This document shows positions 18,379 to 27,052 of a stretch of DNA of 43,628 nucleotides, piece by piece. Positions within the stretch are counted from its first letter, which is position 1. Each line of letters opens with the position of its first letter. Location: contig CADBRR010000028.1 of NCBI GenBank assembly GCA_902797145.1, positions 1-43,628 of the forward strand. Reading direction: 5' to 3'. A model generated the notes under the pieces. It was not told where the DNA came from. It did not search any database and saw only the letters and a list, made by a program, of their open reading frames with translations. Both the position numbers and the translations under genes were made by a program. The stretch comes from an uncultured Eubacteriales bacterium. Lineage in GTDB: Bacteria > Bacillota > Clostridia > Christensenellales > CAG-138.

Positions 18379-18837
18379 ATGCTAAAGAAAATTTTACAGT
18401 TTATAAAATTTGGTATAGTTGGAGTAATGAATACTCTTGTAGATTTTATTGTTTTCACATTAATATGCACAATTTTTGCAGTTGATAAGGATTCAGGATC
18501 TTTAATTGTAACAGTTATCAACCTAATAGCTTATTCTTGCGGTGTAGCAAATAGTTATTTCTTCAATACAAGATGGACATTTAAAGGTGAACGAAACGAA
18601 AACAGAAAAAAGGAACTTATACTTTTTATTGTTATTAATATAATTTCATATGTAGTAAATAATATGGTGCTCCTTCTCTGTAAGAGTATTCCGGCAATAA
18701 GCGGTATTGAACTGTTCGGAATAGAGCAATTCGGATTCTATGTATGTAAACTGATAGCAACAGCTGTTGGAATAATAGTCAATTTTGCAGGAAACAAGTT
18801 GTTTGTATTTAAAACAACTGATAAGATAGAAAAATAA
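18379..18837 (+). CDS. GtrA family lipid-linked sugar flippase
   Basis: QFIKFGIVGVMNTLVDF...NSYFFNTRWTF...KLIAT...VNFAGNKLFVF; four TM segments. Confidence 0.92.
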   Translation: MLKKILQFIKFGIVGVMNTLVDFIVFTLICTIFAVDKDSGSLIVTVINLIAYSCGVANSYFFNTRWTFKGERNENRKKELILFIVINIISYVVNNMVLLLCKSIPAISGIELFGIEQFGFYVCKLIATAVGIIVNFAGNKLFVFKTTDKIEK

Positions 18838-18854
18838 TATTAAAAGGGAAACAT

Positions 18855-20387
18855 ATGCTTTCAAAAATAAAAAGTCACGGATTAAACGGAATTAGTGGTT
18901 ATCCTATTCAAATAGAAGTAGATATATCAAATGGACTACCATCGTATGAGACAGTAGGGTTGCCTGATGCCGCCGTACGAGAGTCAAAAGAAAGAGTCCG
19001 TTCAGCGATAAAAAACTCAGGTTATGAATATCCTATGAGTAAGATAACTGTAAATCTTGCTCCTGCTGATACTAAAAAAGAAGGTTCTGTATATGATTTG
19101 GCTATAGCCGTGGGCATACTTGCAGCAACAAATCAAATAAAAAGTCTTAAATTTGAGGAGTTCTGCTTTTTCGGGGAACTTGCACTTGATGGAACAGTAA
19201 GATGCGTATCGGGTATACTTCCTATGATAATTGATGCTTATAATAATGGGAATACAAAGTGCATAGTTCCATATGAAAATGCCGCTGAAGCAGCGTATAT
19301 AGCTGGTACAACGATTATTCCAGTTAAAAATCTTGGTCAGGCAGTCAGGTATTTTAATGGTGAAGAAGATATAGAACCATATCCATTGAAATCGTGGAAT
19401 AATTCTGAAAATATAGTGCGTATGGATTTTTCTGAAATAAAAGGTCAGAATATTGCAAAAAGGGCAGCGGAAATAGCAGTATCGGGCGGTCATAATATTT
19501 TGCTTATAGGAACTCCGGGTTCAGGCAAAACTATGCTTGCAAGAAGCATTCCATCTATATTGCCTGATTTGACTTTTGAAGAAGCACTTGAAATTACAAA
19601 AATCCATTCCATAATTGGTGAAATAAAGGGGAATAATGGCATAGTAAATGAAAGGCCATTTAGAGCACCGCATCATTCAGCATCGCTTCCATCGCTTATC
19701 GGTGGAGGGTCAAAAGCATTGCCTGGAGAAATTAGCCTTGCGCATTATGGTGTGTTGTTCCTTGATGAATTGCCAGAGTTTAATAAAAGCGTTCTTGAAG
19801 CGTTAAGGCAACCGCTTGAAGATGGATTTGTAACAGTTACAAGGGCAAATGCGAAATCTGTATATCCGTCCGATTTTATGCTTGTAGCTGCAATGAATCC
19901 ATGCCCATGCGGAAATTATGGTTCAAGGATAAATGAATGCAGATGTACTCAGGTGCAGGTTCAGAGATACCAATCTAAAATAAGCGGACCGTTACTTGAC
20001 AGAATTGACATCCATGTAGAAATGACAGAGGTTGGATATTCCGATTTATCACAGGCAAAGCCATCTGAAAACTCTGCAACAATAAGGGAAAGAGTGAATA
20101 AGGCGAGGAAAATACAACGAGATAGATTTGAAAAAGATGGTATTATATATAATTCGCAGATGACTTCTGCGCTTATGAGAAAATATTGTAAGCTTGATAA
20201 AAAAGCTGAAACAATACTTAATGCGGCTTTCGATAACCTTCATTTGAGCGCAAGGGCGCATAGTAGAATACTCAAAGTTGCAAGGACGATTGCGGATGTA
20301 GAAGGTCAAAAGAATATTACTTCTGATAATATAATAGAAGCAATTCAGTATAGAAGCCTTGATAGAAAATATTGGGGTAATTTTTAG
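18855..20387 (+). CDS. comM: ComM/YifB family Mg-chelatase-like AAA+ DNA helicase
   Basis: VGLPDAAVRESKERV, NLAPADTKKEG, GTPGSGKTMLA, RPFRAPHH, LFLDELPEF, AAMNPCPCG. Confidence 0.93.
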   Translation: MLSKIKSHGLNGISGYPIQIEVDISNGLPSYETVGLPDAAVRESKERVRSAIKNSGYEYPMSKITVNLAPADTKKEGSVYDLAIAVGILAATNQIKSLKFEEFCFFGELALDGTVRCVSGILPMIIDAYNNGNTKCIVPYENAAEAAYIAGTTIIPVKNLGQAVRYFNGEEDIEPYPLKSWNNSENIVRMDFSEIKGQNIAKRAAEIAVSGGHNILLIGTPGSGKTMLARSIPSILPDLTFEEALEITKIHSIIGEIKGNNGIVNERPFRAPHHSASLPSLIGGGSKALPGEISLAHYGVLFLDELPEFNKSVLEALRQPLEDGFVTVTRANAKSVYPSDFMLVAAMNPCPCGNYGSRINECRCTQVQVQRYQSKISGPLLDRIDIHVEMTEVGYSDLSQAKPSENSATIRERVNKARKIQRDRFEKDGIIYNSQMTSALMRKYCKLDKKAETILNAAFDNLHLSARAHSRILKVARTIADVEGQKNITSDNIIEAIQYRSLDRKYWGNF

Positions 20388-20418
20388 TTGCATATAAAAA
20401 AATAAAGGAATGACATTT

Positions 20419-21531
20419 ATGTACGAATATAAGGAGGAAGAGCGTTATATTTTATGGCTTAATCTCGTATTAGGACCAGATATTAAAAAATATAACGATA
20501 TAATGGAATATTATGGAAGTGCCAAAGAAGCGTTCTATGATTGTTTGAAAAACTCGTCAGGCTTTTCAAAGATGAATGGCTTAAAGGTCGCAAAAGAAAA
20601 GCTTGCTCCGAGGGCAAATGAAAAAGAGATTGATACTTATTTGAAACAACTTGAAGCGGCAAATGTTAAAGCGGTAACGTTGGAATCAAAAGGCTACCCT
20701 GAGCTTTTAAAACAAATACAGGATCCACCATTTGTTTTATATATAAAAGGAACTCTAAGACCAGATATTAAACTTCCAATTGCGGTAATTGGGTCAAGGG
20801 CGTGTAGCGATTATGGTAGAAGAGTTACAAGAATGCTTACAACAGAGCTTGTGCAAAATGGCGCGTGTATAATTTCAGGTCTTGCAACAGGTATTGATTC
20901 AATTGCAGCAGAAGCAGCGCTTGAATGCAGTAACAGCGATTATCCTACTGTAGCCGTTTTAGGTTCGGGAATTGACGTAGTTTATCCTGCAAGTAATAAG
21001 CAACTGTATAATAAAATTATCGAGCGTGGTGCGGTTATTTCAGAATATACTATAGGAACAAGAGCAGAAAAATATTATTTTCCGATAAGAAATAGAATAA
21101 TTAGCGGAATGGCAAAAGGTGTTCTTGTTACGGAAGCAAGAGAAATGAGTGGTACGAGAATCACTGTAAATTATGCACTTGAAAATGGCAGGGATGTATT
21201 TGCAGTTCCAGGTAGAATAACTGACATAAAGAGCAATGGCACAAATAAAATGATAAAAGAAGGAAATGCAAAGTTTGTAACTTGTGTTGCTGATATTTTA
21301 GAAGAATACCAAATTTATTCGGGAAACTCAAGGGTTGCTAATATCGTAGATGTTTCAAGTCTTGATGAAAATGAAAAAATGGTATATAATTTGCTTGAAC
21401 TCGGTGAAAAATCATTTGACGAAATTTGCGAAAAAACTGATTTTTCTCCTGTTAAGTTAGGGCTAATACTTACATCAATGGAGTTTGCAAATATAGTAAG
21501 AAAATTGCCGGGTAACATTTATAGTTTATAA
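20419..21531 (+). CDS. dprA: DNA-processing protein DprA
   Basis: DPPFVLYIKG, IGSR, SGLATGID, FPIRNRIISG, RDVFAVPG; C-terminal winged helix. Confidence 0.96.
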   Translation: MYEYKEEERYILWLNLVLGPDIKKYNDIMEYYGSAKEAFYDCLKNSSGFSKMNGLKVAKEKLAPRANEKEIDTYLKQLEAANVKAVTLESKGYPELLKQIQDPPFVLYIKGTLRPDIKLPIAVIGSRACSDYGRRVTRMLTTELVQNGACIISGLATGIDSIAAEAALECSNSDYPTVAVLGSGIDVVYPASNKQLYNKIIERGAVISEYTIGTRAEKYYFPIRNRIISGMAKGVLVTEAREMSGTRITVNYALENGRDVFAVPGRITDIKSNGTNKMIKEGNAKFVTCVADILEEYQIYSGNSRVANIVDVSSLDENEKMVYNLLELGEKSFDEICEKTDFSPVKLGLILTSMEFANIVRKLPGNIYSL

Positions 21532-21578
21532 TGAATTAATTAAAATATTTTAAAATATAATATATGGAGGAATACCCC

Positions 21579-23693
21579 ATGTCTGATGTATTGGTTATCG
21601 TAGAATCACCAGCAAAGGCTAAAACTATAGGAAAATTTCTTGGAAGTAAATATAAAGTAATTGCTTCAAACGGACATATAAGGGATTTGCCAAAAAGTCA
21701 GCTCGGTGTTGATGTTGATAATAATTTTGAACCTAAATATATAACACTTCGTGGCAGAGGCGATGTTTTAGAAAAGATAAGAAAGGAAGCAAAAGCTGCA
21801 AACAAAATTCTTCTTGCAACCGACCCTGACCGTGAAGGTGAGGCAATATCGTGGCATCTTGCGAAGATTTTGAAGCTTGACGATAATTCAAAATGCCGTA
21901 TAGTGTTTAATGAGATAACGTCAAATGCTATAAAAAAATCTGTTAAAAACCCACGTGCAATAGATATAAATCTTGTAGATGCGCAGCAGGCAAGGCGTGT
22001 TCTTGATAGACTTGTAGGTTATAAAATAAGTCCTATTTTGTGGGCAAAGGTTAGAAAGGGTCTTTCCGCTGGCAGGGTTCAATCTGTTGCCACACGAATA
22101 TTATGTGAACGAGAGCAGGAAATAACAAACTTTGTCCCTGAAGAGTATTGGAATATAACAGCAACTTTAAAGGATAATAAGTCAAGGCGCAATATCGAAG
22201 CGAAGTTCTATGGCATAAATGGCGAAAAGACAGATGTCAAGAATGAGCAGCAGGCAAATGAAATAATAGAGAAAGCAAGCAAAGGCGAATTTGTCGTTGC
22301 GGATGTTAAAACGCAAGTGAAATCAAAGCACGCACCTGCACCGTTTACTACAAGTAGTTTGCAGCAGGAAGCATCGAGGAAGTTGAACTTTACAACAAAG
22401 CATACAATGCTTATAGCTCAACAGTTATATGAGGGTATTGAAATACATGGCAAAGGACTTACTGGTCTTGTTACATATATACGTACTGACTCTGTAAGGA
22501 TTTCAGAAGAAGCGCAGGCTCAGGCTATTGAGTTTATAAAGGATAAATATGGTGATAAATACGTTCCTGAAAAGCCCAATATATATAAAGGTCGTAAGAA
22601 TGCGCAGGATGCACATGAAGCAATAAGACCATCTAATGTTAATAATACGCCGCAGGAATTGAAAGCGTCACTTAATAATAATCAGTATAGACTGTATAAA
22701 CTTATATATGATAGATTTATCGCAAGTCAGATGACAGAAACGAAGTATGAAACAAATACTGTAACAATAAATTCTGACGATTGCACATTTAAGGCAAATG
22801 GAATTAAGACACTCTTTGATGGATATACAGTAGTTTATACTGAAGGAAAGGATGAACAGGAGGAAAAAGAAACATCTTTGCCGGAGCTTGAAAAGAACGA
22901 TACACTCAAGCTTATGAAGATTGCTTCCGACCAAAAATTTACTCAGCCTCCATCAAGATATACAGAAGCATCTCTTGTAAAACTGTTGGAAGAAAAGGGG
23001 ATTGGAAGACCGAGTACATATGCTCCGACAATTTCTACTATAATCGAAAGAGGATACGTTGAGAGAGAAAAGAAGATGCTTAAACCAACAGAGCTGGGAT
23101 TTGTTGTTACAAAAATTATGAAAGATAATTTCAGCGAGATTGTTGATATTAAATTTACTGCCGATATGGAAGAAAAGCTCGATGAGGTTGAAGAAGGCAA
23201 AATCGAGTGGAAAAATGTAATAGGTGAGTTCTATGTTCCATTTAAAAACAATCTTGATATTGCATCGAAGAATATCGAAAAGGTTGATATTCCCGATGAA
23301 GTATCGGACGTTGTGTGCGATAAATGCGGTGCAATGATGGTATATAAGAGCGGAAGATATGGAAGATTCCTTGCCTGTCCGAATTTCCCTGAATGTAAGA
23401 ATACAAAGCCTATAATTGAAAAGATTGAAGTAAAATGCCCCAAATGCGGTGGCGATATTATAAAAAGAAAATCTAAAAAAGGCAAAGCCTTCTACGGTTG
23501 TGAACATTATCCGGATTGTGATTTTGTATCATGGGATAGACCTACTGCACAAAAATGTCCAAAATGCGATAGTATGATGGTTCAGAAAATAGGGCTTCAT
23601 GGAGCGTACCTTATGTGTTCAAATAAGGATTGCGCCTATGTAGCAAAGACGATTAAAAATGAGTCGTCAAAGGAGCAAAAGATAGATGAATGA
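21579..23693 (+). CDS. topA: DNA topoisomerase I
   Basis: IVESPAKAK, ATDPDREGEAI, SAGRVQS, catalytic TYIRTD, three C4 zinc ribbons; SD GGAGG. Confidence 0.98.
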   Translation: MSDVLVIVESPAKAKTIGKFLGSKYKVIASNGHIRDLPKSQLGVDVDNNFEPKYITLRGRGDVLEKIRKEAKAANKILLATDPDREGEAISWHLAKILKLDDNSKCRIVFNEITSNAIKKSVKNPRAIDINLVDAQQARRVLDRLVGYKISPILWAKVRKGLSAGRVQSVATRILCEREQEITNFVPEEYWNITATLKDNKSRRNIEAKFYGINGEKTDVKNEQQANEIIEKASKGEFVVADVKTQVKSKHAPAPFTTSSLQQEASRKLNFTTKHTMLIAQQLYEGIEIHGKGLTGLVTYIRTDSVRISEEAQAQAIEFIKDKYGDKYVPEKPNIYKGRKNAQDAHEAIRPSNVNNTPQELKASLNNNQYRLYKLIYDRFIASQMTETKYETNTVTINSDDCTFKANGIKTLFDGYTVVYTEGKDEQEEKETSLPELEKNDTLKLMKIASDQKFTQPPSRYTEASLVKLLEEKGIGRPSTYAPTISTIIERGYVEREKKMLKPTELGFVVTKIMKDNFSEIVDIKFTADMEEKLDEVEEGKIEWKNVIGEFYVPFKNNLDIASKNIEKVDIPDEVSDVVCDKCGAMMVYKSGRYGRFLACPNFPECKNTKPIIEKIEVKCPKCGGDIIKRKSKKGKAFYGCEHYPDCDFVSWDRPTAQKCPKCDSMMVQKIGLHGAYLMCSNKDCAYVAKTIKNESSKEQKIDE

Positions 23694-24993
23694 TGAAATT
23701 GTTTCTGTAGTTGGGGCTGGTCTTGCAGGTTGCGAAGCTGCATACCAGATTGCAAAGCGTGGAATTAAAGTAAAGCTTTATGAAATGAAACCTGAAAGAA
23801 AATCGCCTGCGCATAAAAGCGATGACTTTGCAGAGTTGGTATGTTCAAATTCTCTGCGTTCAGATAGAATACAGAATGCTGTAGGACTGCTTAAAGAGGA
23901 AATGCGTAAGCTCGATTCGCTCATAATGCGTATTGCGGATAAGACGAGAGTTCCAGCTGGTGGCGCACTTGCTGTTGATAGAGTTGGTTTTTCAAAGGCA
24001 ATAACAGAAGAAATCAAAAATAATCCGTTGATTGAAGTAGTGAATGAGGAAGTAGAGAGTATACCTCAATCACCTGTAATCGTTGCAACAGGACCATTAA
24101 CTGATGGAAAACTTATGGACGATATATCGGAAAAGCTTGGAGAAGGTCTGCATTTTTTTGATGCAGCTGCACCAATTGTTACATATGAATCGCTCGATAT
24201 GAATAGAGTTTTTAGAGGTTCAAGATACGATAGAGGCGATGATTATCTCAATTGCGCAATGACGAGAGATGAATATTTCGCATTTGTAAACGAACTTATA
24301 AATGCTGAAACAGCACCACTTAAAGAATACGAAAACTTCAAGGTTTTTGAAGGATGTATGCCTGTTGAGGTTATGGCAAAGCGTGGAATAATGACGCTTG
24401 CGTTCGGACCACTTAAACCAGTTGGAATAACGTGCGAGAATATGAGTGAAAAGCCGTTTGCTGTTGTGCAGTTAAGGCAAGATGATGCAGATGGTAGACT
24501 CTATAATATTGTAGGTTTTCAAACAAACCTTAAATTTCCTGAACAAAAGAGAGTTTTCGGCTTGATTCCGGGACTTGAAAAAGCGGATTTTGTAAGGTAT
24601 GGTGTTATGCACAGGAATACATTTATAAATTCGCCAGGGAAACTTGGATATGACTATCAGTCAAAGAAGTACGACGGAGTATATTTTGCAGGACAGATAA
24701 CGGGTGTTGAAGGCTATATAGAAAGTGCATCAAGCGGACTCGTTGCAGGAATAAATATTGCAAGGAAAATAAAGGGTGAATCTGCGATTGATTTTACGAG
24801 GAAAACATCAATAGGAGCTTTAACACATCATGTGTCCGAATATTGCGGAAGCGATTTTCAGCCTATGAACGCAAATTTCGGGATTATGGATTCAATAGAA
24901 AATCCGCCTCGCAATAAACAGGAGAGATATACACTCATAGCAAATAGAGCGCTTTCGTTTATTGATGAATTGATAGAGGCGAATGGGATATAA
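23686..24993 (+). CDS. trmFO: Folate/FAD-dependent tRNA (uracil54-C5)-methyltransferase TrmFO (Gid)
   Basis: GAGLAGCEAA, AELVCSNS, FEGCMP, FAGQITGVEGY. Confidence 0.97.
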   Translation: MNDEIVSVVGAGLAGCEAAYQIAKRGIKVKLYEMKPERKSPAHKSDDFAELVCSNSLRSDRIQNAVGLLKEEMRKLDSLIMRIADKTRVPAGGALAVDRVGFSKAITEEIKNNPLIEVVNEEVESIPQSPVIVATGPLTDGKLMDDISEKLGEGLHFFDAAAPIVTYESLDMNRVFRGSRYDRGDDYLNCAMTRDEYFAFVNELINAETAPLKEYENFKVFEGCMPVEVMAKRGIMTLAFGPLKPVGITCENMSEKPFAVVQLRQDDADGRLYNIVGFQTNLKFPEQKRVFGLIPGLEKADFVRYGVMHRNTFINSPGKLGYDYQSKKYDGVYFAGQITGVEGYIESASSGLVAGINIARKIKGESAIDFTRKTSIGALTHHVSEYCGSDFQPMNANFGIMDSIENPPRNKQERYTLIANRALSFIDELIEANGI

Positions 24994-25024
24994 TTTTATA
25001 ATGTAAAGGGAGGAAAATACTTAT

Positions 25025-25561
25025 ATGGAACAGATGAAAGGTACTACAATAATTGCCGTAAGAAAAGACGGTAAATGTGCCGTAGCTGGCGATGGCCAAG
25101 TTACAATGGGTCAGGCTACAATTATGAAAAACTCAGCTAAAAAAGTACATAGAATATATAACAATGAGGTCGTTATAGGTTTTGCAGGTTCAGTAGCTGA
25201 TGCTTTTTCGCTCAGAGAAAGATTCGAAACTAAGCTTGAAGAATATAGCGGAAGCTTAAAGCGTGCAGCAGTTTCACTTGCACAGGATTGGAGAAGCGAT
25301 AAGGTTATGCGTCAGCTTGAGGCATTGCTAATCGTTGCAAATAAAGATGATTTGCTTATTTTGTCAGGAACAGGTGAAGTTATTGAACCCGATAACGGAA
25401 TTGCTGCAATAGGTTCAGGTGGAAATTATGCTTATGCTGCTGCAAAGGCATTGAGCGAAAATACAGAGCTCCCTGCTGATGAAATTGCAAAAAAAGCTTT
25501 GCTTATTGCATCGCAGATATGCGTTTACACAAACGACAATATAGTTTGTGAGATAGTTTAA
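25025..25561 (+). CDS. hslV: ATP-dependent protease peptidase subunit HslV (ClpQ)
   Basis: [30 protein letters not shown]. Confidence 0.97.
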   Translation: MEQMKGTTIIAVRKDGKCAVAGDGQVTMGQATIMKNSAKKVHRIYNNEVVIGFAGSVADAFSLRERFETKLEEYSGSLKRAAVSLAQDWRSDKVMRQLEALLIVANKDDLLILSGTGEVIEPDNGIAAIGSGGNYAYAAAKALSENTELPADEIAKKALLIASQICVYTNDNIVCEIV

Positions 25562-25573
25562 GGAGGTAGTGAT

Positions 25574-26977
25574 ATGATGACTCCAAGAGAAACAGTCGAA
25601 GCACTCGACAAATATATCGTAGGTCAGGAAAAAGCTAAAAAAGCTGTTGCAATTGCGCTCAGAAATCGTTATAGAAGAAGCAGACTCACTGAAGAATTGC
25701 GTGATGAAATTACGCCTAAAAATATAATTATGGTAGGTCCTACAGGTGTAGGTAAGACAGAAATTGCAAGAAGGCTTGCAAAACTCGTTGACGCACCGTT
25801 TATTAAGGTCGAAGCTACAAAATTTACAGAAGTAGGTTATGTTGGCAGAGATGTTGATTCCATGATAAGGGATTTAGTTGAAACATCAATAAGAATATGT
25901 AAGTCAAAGAAGCAGGAAAGCGTTAAACTTGTTGCGCAAGCCGCAGCAGAGGAAAGAATTATCAAGATTTTGACCGATGAAGAAAATGGCGAGAGCAAAG
26001 ATAACGATAATATGAATAACGAAATGTCGCCACTGCATATGTTGTTTGGTGGGGCACAGAAAAAAAGTGAACCAGTTCTTAGCGAAGAGGAAAAGCTTGA
26101 GCTTAAAGAAAAGAAAAAATCTGTTACAGAAAGACTTAGAAATGGCGAACTTGAAGATAAGCTTATTTCTGTTGAAGTAGAAACAAGCGCAACAGGAGGA
26201 AATGATGCATTCCTCGCAATGGGCATTGATATAAATGTTAATGAAATACTTGGCGGAGTTCTTCCTAAAAAGAAAAAACAGCGCAAAGTAACAATTAAAG
26301 AAGCAAGGCGAATATTTACTCAGGAGGAAAGTGAAAAGCTTATTGATATGGATGAAGTTATTCGTGAAGCTGTAGAAAAAACAGAGCAGGACGGCATAAT
26401 TTTCATTGATGAAATTGATAAGATTGCAGGCGCAGACAGAAAAAATGGTCCTGATGTTTCAAGAGAAGGCGTGCAGAGGGATATTCTTCCTATCGTTGAA
26501 GGAAGTACTGTAAACACGAAGTATGGTCCTATAAGAACTGATTTTATTCTCTTTATTGCAGCAGGTGCATTCCACGTATCGAAAGTATCGGATTTGATAC
26601 CTGAATTACAGGGAAGATTCCCGATTAAGGTAAATCTTGAACCGCTTTCTGTTGAAGCTTATAAGAGCATTCTCGTAAAGCCTAAAAACGCTATTACAAA
26701 GCAGTATGCTGAACTTTTGAAGACAGATAACATAAATCTTACATTCACAGATGATGCACTTGATGCAATAGCAGAACACGCTTATATGGCAAATGCAACG
26801 AGTGAGAATATTGGCGCAAGACGATTGCATACTATTGTTGAAAACTTACTTGAAGATATTTCGTTCAATGCAGGCGGCAATTATCCTGAAACTGATGTCA
26901 AGATTGATAAGGATTATGTAATCGAGCATTTAAAGGGCATAAATGACGATGATGATTTGCAGAAATACATTATTTAA
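25574..26977 (+). CDS. hslU: ATP-dependent protease ATPase subunit HslU (ClpY)
   Basis: GPTGVGKTEIARR, TEVGYVGRD, FIDEIDK, GARRL. Confidence 0.98.
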   Translation: MMTPRETVEALDKYIVGQEKAKKAVAIALRNRYRRSRLTEELRDEITPKNIIMVGPTGVGKTEIARRLAKLVDAPFIKVEATKFTEVGYVGRDVDSMIRDLVETSIRICKSKKQESVKLVAQAAAEERIIKILTDEENGESKDNDNMNNEMSPLHMLFGGAQKKSEPVLSEEEKLELKEKKKSVTERLRNGELEDKLISVEVETSATGGNDAFLAMGIDINVNEILGGVLPKKKKQRKVTIKEARRIFTQEESEKLIDMDEVIREAVEKTEQDGIIFIDEIDKIAGADRKNGPDVSREGVQRDILPIVEGSTVNTKYGPIRTDFILFIAAGAFHVSKVSDLIPELQGRFPIKVNLEPLSVEAYKSILVKPKNAITKQYAELLKTDNINLTFTDDALDAIAEHAYMANATSENIGARRLHTIVENLLEDISFNAGGNYPETDVKIDKDYVIEHLKGINDDDDLQKYII

Positions 26978-27005
26978 TGTTTAAAATTAACAAAATAAGG
27001 CAACT

Positions 27006-27036
27006 ATAATATCGCAGCAATGCGATATTATTTTTT
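27006..27036 (+). terminator. Intrinsic terminator after hslU
   Basis: ATAATATCGCA-GCAA-TGCGATATTAT, an 11-bp stem with GNRA loop followed by TTTTT. Confidence 0.75.
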
Positions 27037-27052
27037 GTGGAAGGAAATGTAT

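Noticed and set aside
14351-18854. Mobile element or genomic island at the glycosyltransferase insert
   Set aside because: No integrase, transposase, tRNA or flanking direct repeats, and composition looks similar to neighbouring genes.
25025-25045. Six-residue extension before the HslV catalytic Thr
   Set aside because: Short propeptides are usual in Firmicute HslV/ClpQ.
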